IMG/VR virus record: IMGVR_UViG_3300022407_005585
Span: 1-25,704 of that record
Length of the DNA stretch: 25,704 nt
From: a virus
Taxonomy: Duplodnaviria; Caudoviricetes
Direction: 5' to 3' (one strand)
Shown here one piece after another: positions 25,095 to 25,704 of this stretch. The translations under genes were made by a program, and so were the position numbers. Numbering within the stretch: position 1 is the stretch's first letter; each line of letters opens with the position of its first letter. The notes under the pieces were generated by a model. It made no database searches, was not told the DNA's origin, and saw only the letters and a program-made list of their open reading frames with translations.

Positions 25095-25568
25095 ATGAAT
25101 CTTTATATTGAAACTGAAAACAGCACAATTAAAAATCACCCTGCTTTTGAGAACAACCTAATCCAAGCATTTGGTTCAGTCCCTGCACACTGGGAGACAT
25201 TCATTCGTGTTGAGCGCCCTATTTTGGGCGTATATGAGTTGATGACCGCAGAAGAACCTACTTACGAAAAAGTAGATGGTGTTTGGACTGATGTGTGGCA
25301 TAAACGTGACATGACTGCGGAAGAAAAGACTGCTAAACAACAGGATGTTATTACTGCGTTTAATGACCGTGACCAAGCATCTAATTGGTCAGCATGGACT
25401 TTAGATGAGGCCACTTGCACAATGCAACCTCCAATCCCACGGCCTGAACCTGTAGAAGGTAAAATTGTTTTCTGGTGCGGCGCAGATGCCAACTGGAAAG
25501 AAACTCCGGCTCGTCCAGAAGGCGAGTACAAGTTTGATTTCTTTGCATGGGATTGGGTTGCAGCATGA
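25095..25568 (+). CDS. Putative adhesin assembly chaperone, paralogue of 22268 with a different Trp-rich C-terminus
   Basis: MNLYIE.....KNHP...NLIQAF......F.RVERP......Y...DGVW.DVW..RDMTAEE, then WTLDEATC.MQPPIPRP...W.....W. Confidence 0.55.
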   Translation: MNLYIETENSTIKNHPAFENNLIQAFGSVPAHWETFIRVERPILGVYELMTAEEPTYEKVDGVWTDVWHKRDMTAEEKTAKQQDVITAFNDRDQASNWSAWTLDEATCTMQPPIPRPEPVEGKIVFWCGADANWKETPARPEGEYKFDFFAWDWVAA

Positions 25569-25704
25569 GCAAAGTAGCCAAAAAACAAAAAGTCTGCAAA
25601 GCCGCTGAATCAGTAGCTCAAGTTGTTCTTCAAACACAACTTCAAGTTGCATACCATTTTCCGTGCCCAATTTACATCATTGAGCGACCTGATTTCTTAG
25701 AAGC
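25565..25704 (+). CDS. 3'-truncated ORF, possibly a 2OG-Fe(II) oxygenase (TIGR02466-like)
   Basis: Not in the ORF track. ATGA overlap at 25565-68 and open to the window end: MSKVAKKQKVCKAAESVAQVVLQTQLQVAYHFPCPIYIIERPDFLE. FP.PIY resembles the N-terminus of that family, but the catalytic motifs are not visible. Confidence 0.45.
   Translation, partial: MSKVAKKQKVCKAAESVAQVVLQTQLQVAYHFPCPIYIIERPDFLE

Noticed and set aside
1-25704. tRNA, intron, intein or homing endonuclease
   Set aside because: Intergenic gaps are at most about 90 nt, and I saw no cloverleaf, LAGLIDADG, HNH, GIY-YIG or intein terminal motifs.

Overview
A single-stranded-orientation (+) virion structural module of a T4-like myophage. 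The gene order resembles cyanophage/pelagiphage-type T4-like phages, and the DNA is AT-rich. Positions 1-18256 hold the baseplate operon: gp48-like, gp53, hub, a gp5 split into two genes, an orphan, gp25, gp6, gp7-like, gp8-like, a 1976-aa VrlC/DUF4815-like protein and a small conserved ORF. Positions 18256-25704 hold an accessory fibre/adhesin region. It starts with a fibre-like protein bearing a cupredoxin-type His/Cys/His/Met motif and continues with two related modules, each preceded by a TAAATAGA late-promoter motif. Each module has the pattern decapeptide-repeat fibre -> polyglycine adhesin-like protein(s) -> chaperone-like ORF -> small metallo-enzyme (cupin or probable 2OG-Fe(II) oxygenase). 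The two fibre genes share a perfect 131-bp in-register repeat that could swap, delete or amplify a 3.66-kb cassette. All family assignments come from motifs recognised by eye, and no searches were run.
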